DNA of 64,000 nucleotides, taken from positions 7,589-71,588 of the forward strand of contig JAPLVF010000011.1 in the NCBI GenBank assembly GCA_026397255.1, given 5' to 3'. Both the position numbers and the translations under genes were made by a program. This document shows, piece after piece, positions 34,454-44,108 of this stretch. Below the pieces are notes generated by a model. It ran no database searches. It had not been told where the DNA came from and was given only the letters and a program-made list of their open reading frames with translations. How positions within the stretch are numbered: the first letter of the stretch is position 1; each line of letters opens with the position of its first letter. Source of the DNA: Candidatus Beckwithbacteria bacterium. Lineage in GTDB: Bacteria > Patescibacteriota > Microgenomatia > UBA1400 > CG1-02-47-37.

Positions 34454-35134
34454 ATGGTGAATTTACAGCCGATTTTAAATAACAAGGGAAAAATTATCAT
34501 TGCGGCGTTGGACCATAGGGAGTCATTAAAAAAACTTTTACCGGAACCAGAAATGGCGGGGTTTAAAAAAAGACTGACAGAATTATTATTACCGGAGGTA
34601 TCGGCAATTTTACTGGATCCGGAGTATGGCCAAGAAGCAGCCAAATTAGTGACCAACAAGGCACTAATTTATAATTTGGAAGAATCGGGAAAATGTAAGG
34701 AAAAATTAAGTTTGCACCCGAATTGGGGAGTAAAACAGGCAAAAGCAGCCGGGGCGGTGGGGGCAAAATTGTTGTGGTATTATCGCGTGGAGGAGAAAGA
34801 AGCAGTGAAAAAAATCGGGGAAGAATGTAAAAAAGAGGAAATGATTTTTTTACTGGAGGTGATGGATTGTCCCGAGGCGGAGTTAGAAGGGCTTGGGGCG
34901 GATATTTTAAAGTTAAAGTTTCCGGGGGCAAAAGTGAAAACGCCATGGGTGTTACTCTCGCTTGGAGTAGGGTTTGAAGAGTACAAAGAACAGGTAAAAA
35001 TTAGCTGCCAAAACGGGGCGCGCGGAATTGCGGTCGGGCGGGCGCTGTGGCAGGATCAGGTGAATAACTTGAACGAAAAAATAATCAAATCCAGAATTAA
35101 ACAGTTGGTGGAAATTGTTAACGGTTATGAATAA
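34454..35134 (+). CDS. DeoC/LacD-family class I aldolase (tagatose/fructose-bisphosphate aldolase-like)
   Basis: 'GKIIIAALDHRESLKKLL' resembles the LacD 'ALAIDQRGSL' block; (beta/alpha)8-sized. Confidence 0.55.
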   Translation: MVNLQPILNNKGKIIIAALDHRESLKKLLPEPEMAGFKKRLTELLLPEVSAILLDPEYGQEAAKLVTNKALIYNLEESGKCKEKLSLHPNWGVKQAKAAGAVGAKLLWYYRVEEKEAVKKIGEECKKEEMIFLLEVMDCPEAELEGLGADILKLKFPGAKVKTPWVLLSLGVGFEEYKEQVKISCQNGARGIAVGRALWQDQVNNLNEKIIKSRIKQLVEIVNGYE

Positions 35135-36152
35135 AAAGACGATCAGAGACATTGATTTAAGAGGGAAAAAGATTTTATTGCGGGTGGATTACAATGTGGC
35201 TTTGGAGAATGGGCAAGTGGCAGATGAGTTAAGAATCAGTCAAACAATTCCGACAATTGAGTATTTATTAAAACAAGACTGTCGGATAATTTTAATGTCA
35301 CACTTAGGACGACCGGAAGGAAAAGTGATACCGGAATTATCTTTAAAGCCAGTAGTTGAATGTTTGGCCAAATTCCTGCAAAAAGAAGTAAGCTTTGGAG
35401 AGCCGAAAGGTAAAATTAGTTTGTTGGAAAACCTGCGGTTTAACCCGGGGGAAGAAGCAAACACTGCAGATTTTAGCCGCCAGTTGGCAAATTTAGGAGA
35501 AGTGTTTGTTAATGATGCTTTTGGGGTTTGCCATCGGGCGCAGGCGTCAACGGTGGGAGTGACAAAATTTTTACCGGCGGTGGCGGGGTTATTACTGGAG
35601 CAAGAAGTGGACATTATCATTAAAGCAATGGAGAAGCCTCAAAGACCGTTAGTGGTAATCGTCGGCGGGGCTAAACTGGAGACAAAAATAGGGTTGATTA
35701 AGAAATTACTGATAAAAGCAGATCAGTTGTTAGTCGGCGGGGCGGTAGCTAATAAACTAATGGAAGATGTTGATAGTCAGCTGGCAAACGGAGAGAAAAT
35801 GAGGTTGCCGGTTGACGGAGTTTGGGAAGAAAAGATAATGAGGGATATTGGACCAAAGACGCGAGAGTTGTTTGGAGAAATAATCGGCCGGGCCAAGACA
35901 ATTATTTGGAATGGGCCGATGGGAATGTTTGAAAAACCTAAATTTTCCCAAGGCACGGAGTTTATTTATCAGTCAATTAAAAAGAATCGACAGGCCTTAT
36001 CGATTGTGGGTGGAGGGGACACGTTGGCGGCGTTAAATAAAAATAAAGATTATGTCAAAAGTTTTACTCATGTTTCGACCGGCGGCGGAGCGATGTTGGA
36101 ATTGATTGAAAAGGGGAGCTTGCCGGGGATTGATGTCTTGATGGACAAGTAG
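35127..36152 (+). CDS. pgk: phosphoglycerate kinase (short form)
   Basis: 'KKILLRVDYNV', 'RISQTIPTIEYLL', 'ILMSHLGRPEG', 'GGGDTLAAL', 'STGGGAMLE'. Confidence 0.85.
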   Translation: MNKKTIRDIDLRGKKILLRVDYNVALENGQVADELRISQTIPTIEYLLKQDCRIILMSHLGRPEGKVIPELSLKPVVECLAKFLQKEVSFGEPKGKISLLENLRFNPGEEANTADFSRQLANLGEVFVNDAFGVCHRAQASTVGVTKFLPAVAGLLLEQEVDIIIKAMEKPQRPLVVIVGGAKLETKIGLIKKLLIKADQLLVGGAVANKLMEDVDSQLANGEKMRLPVDGVWEEKIMRDIGPKTRELFGEIIGRAKTIIWNGPMGMFEKPKFSQGTEFIYQSIKKNRQALSIVGGGDTLAALNKNKDYVKSFTHVSTGGGAMLELIEKGSLPGIDVLMDK

Positions 36153-36191
36153 TTTTGTGGTAAACTCCGACTATATTAGGAGGAGTACTAC

Positions 36192-36569
36192 ATGCTTAAA
36201 ATTTCCAGAGAGGTGGATTTAGGGTTGCTGTTAATGGCGGAACTTTACGAAAAAAAGTCGTTAAGTTTGTCGGAGTGGGCGAAAGAGAAGAAGCTGCCAT
36301 ATAGGTTTTTAAGCAAGATTGCGGTGAAGCTAAAAAAAGCGGGGTTAATTAAAAGCCGAGAGGGAAGAGAGGGCGGCTATTGGTTGAATAAAAAAGTCAA
36401 AGTGGGAGAGATTTTTAAGGCAATTGAAGGAAAAAAGGGAGTGGTGGCGTGTCTGCAGGGGCAGACATGCGCGGCGGCCAAGTTTTGCCATCAGCGAAAA
36501 GTGCTGGTGAAATTAAATCAAGTTTTGGAAAAACAGTTAAATCAGATGAATTTGGAAGAGTTATGTTAA
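36192..36569 (+). CDS. Rrf2-family transcriptional regulator (IscR/SufR-like)
   Basis: N-terminal wHTH 'KISREVDLGLLLMAELYEK...LSLSEWAKEKKLPYRFLSKIAVKLKKAGLIKSREGREGGYWL'; directly upstream of the suf genes. Confidence 0.8.
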   Translation: MLKISREVDLGLLLMAELYEKKSLSLSEWAKEKKLPYRFLSKIAVKLKKAGLIKSREGREGGYWLNKKVKVGEIFKAIEGKKGVVACLQGQTCAAAKFCHQRKVLVKLNQVLEKQLNQMNLEELC

Positions 36570-37231
36570 AAGTGCAAAATTTAAAAGTAAAAGTGCAAAA
36601 TAAATTAATTCTAGACGGGATTAATTTGCAAATTGAGCGGGGAGAAATTGTCGCTTTAATGGGGCCGAACGGCAGTGGGAAAAGTAGTTTGGCGAACGCC
36701 ATAATGGGAAACCCGAGCTATCAGTTAGTGAGCGGACAAGCCTCACTTGACGGGGAAAATTTATTGAATTTGGGCCCGGATAAACGGGCAAAAATAGGCT
36801 TATTTTTGGCGTGGCAGAATCCGATCGGCATCAGGGGGGTGACGGTGGGGCAGATAGTAAGAAAGCCAAGAAAAGAGTTGTTGTTAGCGGCGAAAGATTT
36901 AAAAATTAAGCCGGAGTTTTTAGAAAGAGAGATTAATGTGGGTTTTTCCGGCGGAGAAAAGAAAAAGCTGGAAATTTTACAACTGATAATGTTGAAGCCA
37001 AAGTATGCGATTTTGGACGAGATTGATTCGGGGTTGGATATTGACGCCTTAAAATTACTAGGGGAAATTAAACAGAAAAAATTAGGAATTTTGCTGATTA
37101 CACATTACACCAGAATTTTTAAATACTTAAAACCGGATAGGGTTTTAGTAATGAAAGAGGGAAGAATTGTTAAAAGCGGCGGAAAAGAGCTGATAAAAAT
37201 TATTGAGAAAGACGGTTATGGTAATTTTTGA
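36566..37231 (+). CDS. sufC: Fe-S cluster assembly ATPase SufC
   Basis: Walker A 'LMGPNGSGKSSL'; ABC signature 'GFSGGEKKK'; Walker B 'AILDEIDSGLD'; start overlaps the Rrf2 stop. Confidence 0.9.
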   Translation, partial: LKVQNLKVKVQNKLILDGINLQIERGEIVALMGPNGSGKSSLANAIMGNPSYQLVSGQASLDGENLLNLGPDKRAKIGLFLAWQNPIGIRGVTVGQIVRKPRKELLLAAKDLKIKPEFLEREINVGFSGGEKKKLEILQLIMLKPKYAILDEIDSGLDIDALKLLGEIKQKKLGILLITHYTRIFKYLKPDRVLVMKEGRIVKSGGKELIKIIEKDGYGNF

Positions 37232-37283
37232 CTCGGTAAAGATAAATTATCGTGCTCACGCGTGCCCGAAGGGCAACATGATT

Positions 37284-37314
37284 GCGCGCGAAATTTACAT
37301 TACCTGCGTCAAAT
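37284..37314 (+). repeat. conserved ~31-nt intergenic motif, copy A (sufC-sufB spacer)
   Basis: GCGCGCGAAATTTACATTACCTGCGTCAAAT; ~85% identical to copy B at 39839-39871; ends 9 nt before the sufB ATG. Confidence 0.5.
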
Positions 37315-37323
37315 TATATTAAT

Positions 37324-38640
37324 ATGACTATTCTTGACCAAAATTTAATTAAGAAAATTTCCAAGCAAAAAAAAGAGCCTGGGTGGATGTTGGAGTTAAG
37401 ATTGAAAGCTTTAAAAAGTTTCCAAGAAAAACCAATGCCTAATTGGGGGGTAGATTTAAGCGGTTTAGACTTTGAGAAAATTAATTATTTTAGCGAGCCG
37501 GAAGATTCACCGAAAAGAAGTTGGAATCAGGTGCCGAGAGAAACCAAGGATGTGTTTGAAAAATTAGGGGTTCCAGAACAAGAGAGAAAGATTTTGGCCG
37601 GAGTGGGAGCGCAATGGAATAGCACAATAATTTATCAGAAATTAAAGGAAAAACTGGAGAACCAGGGAGTGATTTTTTGCCCGATGGAAGAGGCGGTGAA
37701 GCGGTGGCCGGATTTGGTCAAGCAGTATTTTATGACGAAAGCGGTGACAATAAATAATAATAAATTCAGCAGTTTAAACGGGGCAATTTGGTCTGGCGGG
37801 GTATTTGTTTATGTGCCGGAAGGGGTAGTAATCAAAGAACCATTGCAAGGGTTCTTCTGGCTGAACTTAAGGGCGGGAGGGCAGTTTGAGCACACGATTA
37901 TTGTGGCTGAAGAAAAGAGCAGAAGTGAGTTTATTGAAGGTTGTAGTGCGCCGGTTTACCAGCAGGATTCTCTGCATAGCGGGGTAGTGGAAATATTTGT
38001 GGGGAAAAGGGCCAGAGTCAAATTTTCCACGATTCAGAACTGGAGTAAAAATGTTTATAATTTAGGCACGAAAAGAGCGATGGTAGCCGAAGATGGGGTG
38101 ATGGAATGGGTGTCGGTTAGTTTGGGCAGTCAGGCGACCATGGTCTATCCGGCGAGTATTTTAATTGGCGACGGGGCGAAGACGAGTCAGTTATCTTTAA
38201 GTTTGGCAGGAAAGGGGCAGGAGATGGATACGGGTGGGAAAGCGATCCATATCGGCAAGAAGACCACTTCCAATATTGTGTCGAAATCGATCAGTAAAGA
38301 CGGTGGGAAAGCGAGTTACCGAGGGTTGGTAAAAATATTACCAGGGGCGAAAAGGGCAAAAAGCAGTGTTAATTGCGAATCATTGTTATTGGACAACAAA
38401 AGCCAGGCTAAAACTTATCCAAGCATGGAAATTTTAGAAGACGACGTGACGGCATTGCACGAAGCCAAAACAGGGAAGATTGCTGAGGAGGAACTGTTTT
38501 ATTTAATGAGCCGGGGATTGTCAGAACAAGAGGCAACCAGTTTAATTATTAATGGTTTTATTGAACCGGTAGTCAAAAATTTGCCTTTGGAGTATGCTGT
38601 GGAAATAAATAGATTGATCGATCTTTATGCTGAACATTAA
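37324..38640 (+). CDS. sufB: Fe-S cluster assembly scaffold SufB/SufD family protein
   Basis: SufB/D beta-helix C-terminal region 'GKAIHIGKKTTSNIVSKSIS', 'LSEQEATSLIINGF'. Confidence 0.8.
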   Translation: MTILDQNLIKKISKQKKEPGWMLELRLKALKSFQEKPMPNWGVDLSGLDFEKINYFSEPEDSPKRSWNQVPRETKDVFEKLGVPEQERKILAGVGAQWNSTIIYQKLKEKLENQGVIFCPMEEAVKRWPDLVKQYFMTKAVTINNNKFSSLNGAIWSGGVFVYVPEGVVIKEPLQGFFWLNLRAGGQFEHTIIVAEEKSRSEFIEGCSAPVYQQDSLHSGVVEIFVGKRARVKFSTIQNWSKNVYNLGTKRAMVAEDGVMEWVSVSLGSQATMVYPASILIGDGAKTSQLSLSLAGKGQEMDTGGKAIHIGKKTTSNIVSKSISKDGGKASYRGLVKILPGAKRAKSSVNCESLLLDNKSQAKTYPSMEILEDDVTALHEAKTGKIAEEELFYLMSRGLSEQEATSLIINGFIEPVVKNLPLEYAVEINRLIDLYAEH

Positions 38641-39838
38641 GCAGATAAAACAAGATTTTCCGATTTTAAAACGTAAAGTTAACGGTAAGCGTTTGGTGTA
38701 TTTGGACAACGCGGCGACGTCGCAGAGACCGCTTCAAGTAATTAAAGCGATGCGGGATTTTGATTTGAAACACAATGCCAATGTGCATCGGGGTTTACAC
38801 ATTTTGTCAGAAGAGGCGAGTGAATTGTATGAAAAATCCCGGGAAGCAGTGGCGAAGTTCGTGGGGGCAAATTCAGACGAAATTATTTTTGTGAGAAATA
38901 CGACTGAAGGAATTAATTTAGTGGCTAAAGCATGGACTGGGAAAAATATTGATAAAGACGGAGAGATTTTAGCAACGGTGATGGAGCATCACAGCAATAT
39001 TTTGCCGTGGATGCAACTGGGGTTAACGGTAAGGTTTGTGGATGTGACTGATGAAGGGGTTTTGGATATGGAAGATTTTAAGAAGAAGTTAACAAAAAAA
39101 ACTAAGTTGATATCAGTAGGGCACATGTCCAATATGACAGGAACAATTAATCCGGTGGCAGAAATTGTCAGGATGGCCAGAAAAGTGAAAGCCCGGGTGT
39201 TAATTGACGGAGCGCAAAGCGTGCAGCATGTAGGGATTGATGTGAAAAAAATCAATTGTGACTGGTTAGCTTTTTCAGGACACAAAATGTTGGGGCCGAT
39301 GGGAATTGGCGCCTTGTATATTAAAAAAGAACGGCAGGAGGAAATGGGTGTATTTTTAACCGGTGGCGGGATGATCTCTGAAGTTTATATTGACAAACCG
39401 GCGGTGTGGGCGAGGGGGGTGGAAAAATGGGAAGCAGGGACGCCGAACGTGGAGGGAGCAGTGGGTTTGGCGGCGGCCTGCGAATATCATAATCAGCTGG
39501 GGTTGAAAAATATTAGAGAGCACGAGAAAGCATTAACGGCCTATGCTTTGAAAGAATTAGCTAGATTTAAAGAAATTAAAATTTACGGACCCAAAAACGT
39601 GAACATCCGCGGCGGGGTACTGAGCTTTAGTTTTAAAGGGGTGCACGCACATGACGTGGCGCAGGTTTTGGACAGTGAAGGAGTGGCGGTCAGGTCCGGC
39701 CACCACTGCACGATGCCGTTACACCAGCGGTTTGGGTTGGTGGCGTCGACTAGAGCCAGTTTTTATATTTATAATGACAAAAAAGACATAGATGCGTTAA
39801 TTAAGGCATTAGAAAAAGTAAGGAAAGTATTCAAATGA
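38627..39838 (+). CDS. sufS: cysteine desulfurase SufS (class V aminotransferase)
   Basis: 'YLDNAATSQRP', PLP-Lys 'FSGHKMLGPMGIG', active-site Cys 'RSGHHCTMP'. Confidence 0.9.
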   Translation: MLNIKQIKQDFPILKRKVNGKRLVYLDNAATSQRPLQVIKAMRDFDLKHNANVHRGLHILSEEASELYEKSREAVAKFVGANSDEIIFVRNTTEGINLVAKAWTGKNIDKDGEILATVMEHHSNILPWMQLGLTVRFVDVTDEGVLDMEDFKKKLTKKTKLISVGHMSNMTGTINPVAEIVRMARKVKARVLIDGAQSVQHVGIDVKKINCDWLAFSGHKMLGPMGIGALYIKKERQEEMGVFLTGGGMISEVYIDKPAVWARGVEKWEAGTPNVEGAVGLAAACEYHNQLGLKNIREHEKALTAYALKELARFKEIKIYGPKNVNIRGGVLSFSFKGVHAHDVAQVLDSEGVAVRSGHHCTMPLHQRFGLVASTRASFYIYNDKKDIDALIKALEKVRKVFK

Positions 39839-39871
39839 TCGCGCGAAAAATTTGTATTGCCTGCGTCAAAT
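39839..39871 (+). repeat. conserved intergenic motif, copy B (sufS-sufU spacer)
   Basis: TCGCGCGAAAAATTTGTATTGCCTGCGTCAAAT; ends 7 nt before the sufU ATG. Confidence 0.5.
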
Positions 39872-39878
39872 AAGTTTT

Positions 39879-40235
39879 ATGGATATATATCGAGAAGAAA
39901 TACTGGACCATTATAAAAATCCGAGAAATTTTGGTCCGGTTGATGAGTTTAAGATAAAAGCGATGGATCGGAATGCCAGCTGTGGGGATGTGATTGAGAT
40001 AGGATTAATGATTAAAGATAAAAGAATAACGAACATTCAATTTAAAGGCGAAGGTTGCGCGATTGCCATGGCGGCAACCAGCATGCTGACGGAAATGGTG
40101 AAAGGGAAAACAGTGGTTCAAGTAAAAAAATTAACCGATCAGGACATGATTAAAAAATTAGGCATAAATGTTAGTTTAGGGAGGAAAAAATGCGCCACAC
40201 TCGGACTAGTGGTATTACAAAAACTACTAATTTAG
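39879..40235 (+). CDS. sufU: SufU/IscU-like Fe-S scaffold (NifU N-terminal domain)
   Basis: 'NASCGDVIEI', 'FKGEGCAIAMA', 'LGRKKCATL' conserved Cys ligands. Confidence 0.8.
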   Translation: MDIYREEILDHYKNPRNFGPVDEFKIKAMDRNASCGDVIEIGLMIKDKRITNIQFKGEGCAIAMAATSMLTEMVKGKTVVQVKKLTDQDMIKKLGINVSLGRKKCATLGLVVLQKLLI

Positions 40236-40435
40236 GTGAGTTAACAGGGGCTTATCCGGAGTTGACAGAAGTATTGATGGATGATTACGGTTTACATTGT
40301 GTTGGCTGTATGGCGGCGGCGTTTGAAACTTTGGAAGAGGGGGCGAGGGCGCACGGGTTTGATAATAAAGAGGTAGAGAAAATGGTGAAAAAATTAAACG
40401 AGATAATTAAGAAGAAGCGCCGAGACGGAAATTAA
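40190..40435 (+). CDS. DUF1858-domain protein (ScdA N-terminal-like small redox domain)
   Basis: 'AYPELTEVLMDDYGLHCVGCMAAAFETLEEGARAHGFD' matches the DUF1858 pattern; the start is uncertain because it overlaps the sufU end. Confidence 0.5.
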   Translation: MRHTRTSGITKTTNLGELTGAYPELTEVLMDDYGLHCVGCMAAAFETLEEGARAHGFDNKEVEKMVKKLNEIIKKKRRDGN

Positions 40436-40504
40436 TGATAGAGGCAAGCTTAACCATGTCTGTTATAATGCCACTATCAATTTATTAAAAAATAAAGGAG
40501 TTAT

Positions 40505-41044
40505 ATGTCTAAAGATAAAAAAGCAGTAATAGTGATAGATATGTTGGAGGATTTTGTTTTTGGCAGTTTGGCCAATAAAAGAGCAGAAGTAATTATTAAC
40601 CCCATAAAAAAGTTATTAGCTTATGCCAGGAAGAAACATTGGTTAGTGGTTTATGCGAATGATGCTCATTTGCCTGGAGATCCAGAAGAAAAAGTTTGGG
40701 GAATGCATGCTTTAGCGGGGACGTCGGGAGCTCAAGTCATTAAGATGCTGAAACCACAAAAGGGCGATGTGATTTTACCAAAAAGAACTTACAGCTCTTT
40801 TTATGAAACAGGGTTGGATTTGTCATTGAGACAAAATGGGGTGACAACAGTCATTATTACAGGTCAACATACGCATATTTGCGTGCGGCATACCAGCGCC
40901 GACGCTTTTGCGAGAAATTACGATATTATTATTCCGCGTGATTGCGTTGAGTCATTTACTCAAGAGGATCAAGAAAAAGGCTTGGAATACCTAAAGATGT
41001 GTTACAAAGCGAAAATAGTGAAAGCTAAAGATTTAATTAAATAG
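40505..41044 (+). CDS. isochorismatase-family cysteine hydrolase, nicotinamidase (PncA)-like
   Basis: 'AVIVIDMLEDF', 'NDAHLPGD', 'VIITGQHTHICVRHTSADA' (catalytic Cys context); adjacent to pncB and nadE. Confidence 0.65.
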   Translation: MSKDKKAVIVIDMLEDFVFGSLANKRAEVIINPIKKLLAYARKKHWLVVYANDAHLPGDPEEKVWGMHALAGTSGAQVIKMLKPQKGDVILPKRTYSSFYETGLDLSLRQNGVTTVIITGQHTHICVRHTSADAFARNYDIIIPRDCVESFTQEDQEKGLEYLKMCYKAKIVKAKDLIK

Positions 41045-42071
41045 GCCAGGGTTTTAATCTGGGGTTGGGTGAATATTTTCTGCCGGTTTTGGCCAAATTT
41101 TTGCCGTTTAAACGAACAGCATCGGCGGTAAAATCAATTTTGCCGGAAAAAATTGAACTGCCAACAGCGTAAATATCAACAGGAGTTTTAGTTAATTCAA
41201 ACTGTTTGATTTTTTCCGGATTAAAGCCGCCGGAAACGATGATTTTTACCCAATTATAGCCGTTATTGTCTAAAGCCTGCCTGACTTTTTTGACCAGCAG
41301 AGGATTAACGCCGGTTTGTTGTGGAGTAGAAATATCAGCAATATTTTCGGCAGTGTCGAGACGGACCCCCCAAAGTTTTTTACCCAATTTTTTAGCTGAT
41401 TCGAGGGCTCCTTTAACGCAATTATTATTAAAGTCAATCAGGCTAATAGTATTAATTTCAGGAAAATATTGATTAAATTTGATGGCGGTTTTGGCGGTGT
41501 CACCATGATAAGCAACAATTAAGGCATGGGGAATGGTTCCGACAGGTTTTTGATTAATTAAGGAGGCAGCGGCGGGAGTGCTGACTCCACTGGCGCCACC
41601 GATAAGGGCGGCATAACCATCACCCTCCTGATTAAGAAAATAATCAAAGCGGGGGGCGAAGTAGAGAACAGGTTTGCCGTTAGCGGCCACAACAGCATTA
41701 TGGATATTGGTAGCAATCAGGCTGCGGCGGGCGAAAATACCTAAATAGACAGTTTCCAGATGAGCAAAATAAGAATAGTCCCCCTCAATAGTTAACACGG
41801 TTTCCCATGAGGAGATTTGATGACCGTCTTTTAATGCATGAATTTTTAACTGAGAAATAGAATCAATTGTTTGTCGAAAGAGTTGTTTAGTTTCTTCAAT
41901 GCCACAAAGAGTTATGTTTTTTTGTTTTTGAAAAACCTGCAAAGTAAGGATTGGGTGGTAATTGTCGTCGATTAAAATCTTTCTGGCACGGTTAAAATAT
42001 ACGTCACTATAGTCGCCACGCCGGATTTTAGCAGTCGGGAAATAAAACTTAATCATGAGGTTATAATACAA
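41037..42071 (-). CDS. pncB: nicotinate phosphoribosyltransferase-family protein
   Basis: 'VGTIPHALIVAY' (GTxAHS-like motif), 'GVRLDT' (RxDSGD-like), C-terminal barrel. Confidence 0.55.
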   Translation of the reverse strand: MYYNLMIKFYFPTAKIRRGDYSDVYFNRARKILIDDNYHPILTLQVFQKQKNITLCGIEETKQLFRQTIDSISQLKIHALKDGHQISSWETVLTIEGDYSYFAHLETVYLGIFARRSLIATNIHNAVVAANGKPVLYFAPRFDYFLNQEGDGYAALIGGASGVSTPAAASLINQKPVGTIPHALIVAYHGDTAKTAIKFNQYFPEINTISLIDFNNNCVKGALESAKKLGKKLWGVRLDTAENIADISTPQQTGVNPLLVKKVRQALDNNGYNWVKIIVSGGFNPEKIKQFELTKTPVDIYAVGSSIFSGKIDFTADAVRLNGKNLAKTGRKYSPNPRLKPWPI

Positions 42072-42074
42072 TAT

Positions 42075-42797
42075 ATGTCTACTATGTCAGCAGGGAATAA
42101 AGAAATTGAGTTTATTAAAGCTATTTTTGAAAAAGAAAAAAAATCAAAAGCCGTGGTGGCAGTGTCCGGTGGGATTGATTCCAGCGTGGTGTTGGTGCTG
42201 ATGGTGAAAGCCTTGGGAGCGGAAAATGTTTATGCGATGCAATTACCTTATAAAAACCAGTCAGTAGAGAATTCTAGCTTAATTATCGATTGGGTGAAAA
42301 TTTCAGCAGAAAACAGAGTTAAAATAAACATTGCCAAAATCGTGGATGGATTCGGGGTAAAAGACAAAGTGAGGTTGGGAAATATTATGGCACGGGTGAG
42401 AATGATATATACTTTTGACCAGGCGAAAAAACTAAAAGCCTTAGTGGTGGGGACGGAGAATAAGTCGGAAAAACTTTTAGGTTACTATACCCGTTATGGC
42501 GACGAGGCCTCAGACATTGAGCCGATTATTCATTTGTACAAAACCCAAGTTTGCCAACTGGCGAAAGAATTAAAAATTCCGGAAAAAATTATTAAGCAGG
42601 CGCCGAGCGCAGGTTTGTGGCAAGGGCAAACTGATGAGGGCGATTTGGGTTTTAGCTATGAAGAAGTAGAAGGATATTTTAAAAACAAAAAACCAAATAA
42701 AAAAATTGAGAAATGGCTAAAAAAGGTGGAATTTAAGAAAAGAGCGCCATATAATCTTGGAGATGATGATATAATATTGACCGATTATGCTAAATAA
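42075..42797 (+). CDS. nadE: NH3-dependent NAD+ synthetase NadE
   Basis: PP-loop 'AVSGGIDSSVV'; 'YTRYGDEASDIEP'. Confidence 0.85.
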   Translation: MSTMSAGNKEIEFIKAIFEKEKKSKAVVAVSGGIDSSVVLVLMVKALGAENVYAMQLPYKNQSVENSSLIIDWVKISAENRVKINIAKIVDGFGVKDKVRLGNIMARVRMIYTFDQAKKLKALVVGTENKSEKLLGYYTRYGDEASDIEPIIHLYKTQVCQLAKELKIPEKIIKQAPSAGLWQGQTDEGDLGFSYEEVEGYFKNKKPNKKIEKWLKKVEFKKRAPYNLGDDDIILTDYAK

Positions 42798-43374
42798 GGA
42801 ATTAATTAGTTCTGCAGAAGGTCGGCTTGAGCAATACAAAGCGGACCATAGCTTTAGAGTAATGTATTTAGCGCGAGAAATATTCCGATTAGAGGCAATT
42901 AATGCTCCAGAGGAAATTCATCAAGAGCCAGCTTTTTTTATTGAGGTGCTAGATTGGGCAGGAGCATTACATGATACAGAAATGAAAGAGTTAAATGATT
43001 TTACTCACGGGCAGAAAGCGGCGGAGAAGGTTGATCAGATTATTGGCGATAAGCTTAGTGAAAAAGGTAGAAATCTCGTTAAGCTTTTATGCAATTGTCA
43101 CTGGGTTGATGATAATGAAATTTATGGATTAAATCCTACAGAAGCTTGGTTATTAAAGGTATTTAAAGATGCAGATAATTTGGATGGAGTGAGATTTAGC
43201 AAAAATGGGATTTTAGACGAAAGTCGTTTTAGGCTTAGATTTCAAAGTTCGAGAGAATTAATCGGTAAGGCAGGCGAACTTTGGGGAAAAACGCACCAAA
43301 TATTTGAAACACAGTATCAGGCGTTTAATGAAGTAAGCAAAGCGGCGGTTGAAATAGGTTTGATAATTCAGTAA
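42787..43374 (+). CDS. hypothetical protein, possibly a degenerate HD-domain phosphohydrolase
   Basis: Spaced 'H...HD...D' residues ('HSFRV', 'GALHDTE', 'DADNLD'); weak. Confidence 0.3.
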   Translation: MLNKELISSAEGRLEQYKADHSFRVMYLAREIFRLEAINAPEEIHQEPAFFIEVLDWAGALHDTEMKELNDFTHGQKAAEKVDQIIGDKLSEKGRNLVKLLCNCHWVDDNEIYGLNPTEAWLLKVFKDADNLDGVRFSKNGILDESRFRLRFQSSRELIGKAGELWGKTHQIFETQYQAFNEVSKAAVEIGLIIQ

Positions 43375-43379
43375 TAATA

Positions 43380-44081
43380 GTGTTCATGGTGACTCCGCAG
43401 CAATATACAGCTAAATTAAGCGAAAAGACACAATTAAATAAAAACTATTGTTTATTTCAACTGGAGTTAATTAAACCCAACACAATTAATTTTCAGGCCG
43501 GCCAGTATCTTTCTTTAGAAATTGGCGGCGGAGAGAAACGGGCCTATTCAATTGTTTCGACACCGACAAAAAATTACGGAGTGGATTTGTGCGTGGATTT
43601 ATCGCCCCAAGGGAAGGGGACAACCTATTTAAAAAATTTACAGCCAGGAGATGAGGTAAAATTTTTAGGGCCGCTGGGTAGATTTATTGTTGGCAGAGAG
43701 AAGAAGTTGTTGTTCGTGGCGACCGGCTGTGGGATTTCGCCAATACGGAGCATGGTATTTGATTTATTGGAAGACAAAAAAGATAAACGGGAAATTTGGC
43801 TGTTGTGGGGACTAAGGTATGTGGAAGATATGTTTTGGGAAGAAAAATTCCGGCAGATTGACGAGTATTATCCTAATTTTCATTACCGGTTAGTTTTATC
43901 TAAGCCGCCGGAAAAATGGCCGGTGGAAAGCGGGCACGTGACTGATGAGATTAAGAATTTAGATTTAAACAATGATTGGGGGGCGTATTTGTGCGGAAAC
44001 CAAACAATGATTGCAGAAGTTAAACAAATGTTGCAAGATAAGGGAGTACCAGAAGTCAATATTCATTTTGAAAAATTCTAA
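43380..44081 (+). CDS. FNR-like FAD/NAD(P)-binding oxidoreductase (ferredoxin reductase / PyrK-like)
   Basis: FAD-binding 'RAYSIVS' (RxYS); NAD-binding 'LLFVATGCGISPIRSMV'. Confidence 0.7.
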   Translation: MFMVTPQQYTAKLSEKTQLNKNYCLFQLELIKPNTINFQAGQYLSLEIGGGEKRAYSIVSTPTKNYGVDLCVDLSPQGKGTTYLKNLQPGDEVKFLGPLGRFIVGREKKLLFVATGCGISPIRSMVFDLLEDKKDKREIWLLWGLRYVEDMFWEEKFRQIDEYYPNFHYRLVLSKPPEKWPVESGHVTDEIKNLDLNNDWGAYLCGNQTMIAEVKQMLQDKGVPEVNIHFEKF

Positions 44082-44108
44082 GGAGGATTCCGCCACAGGC
44101 GGATAAAT

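Noticed and set aside
34563-34986. Pro-rich minus-strand ORFs (127 and 68 aa) antisense to the LacD-like aldolase gene
   Set aside because: Proline/leucine-rich translation of the antisense of a G/A-rich coding region. No start context. Spurious.
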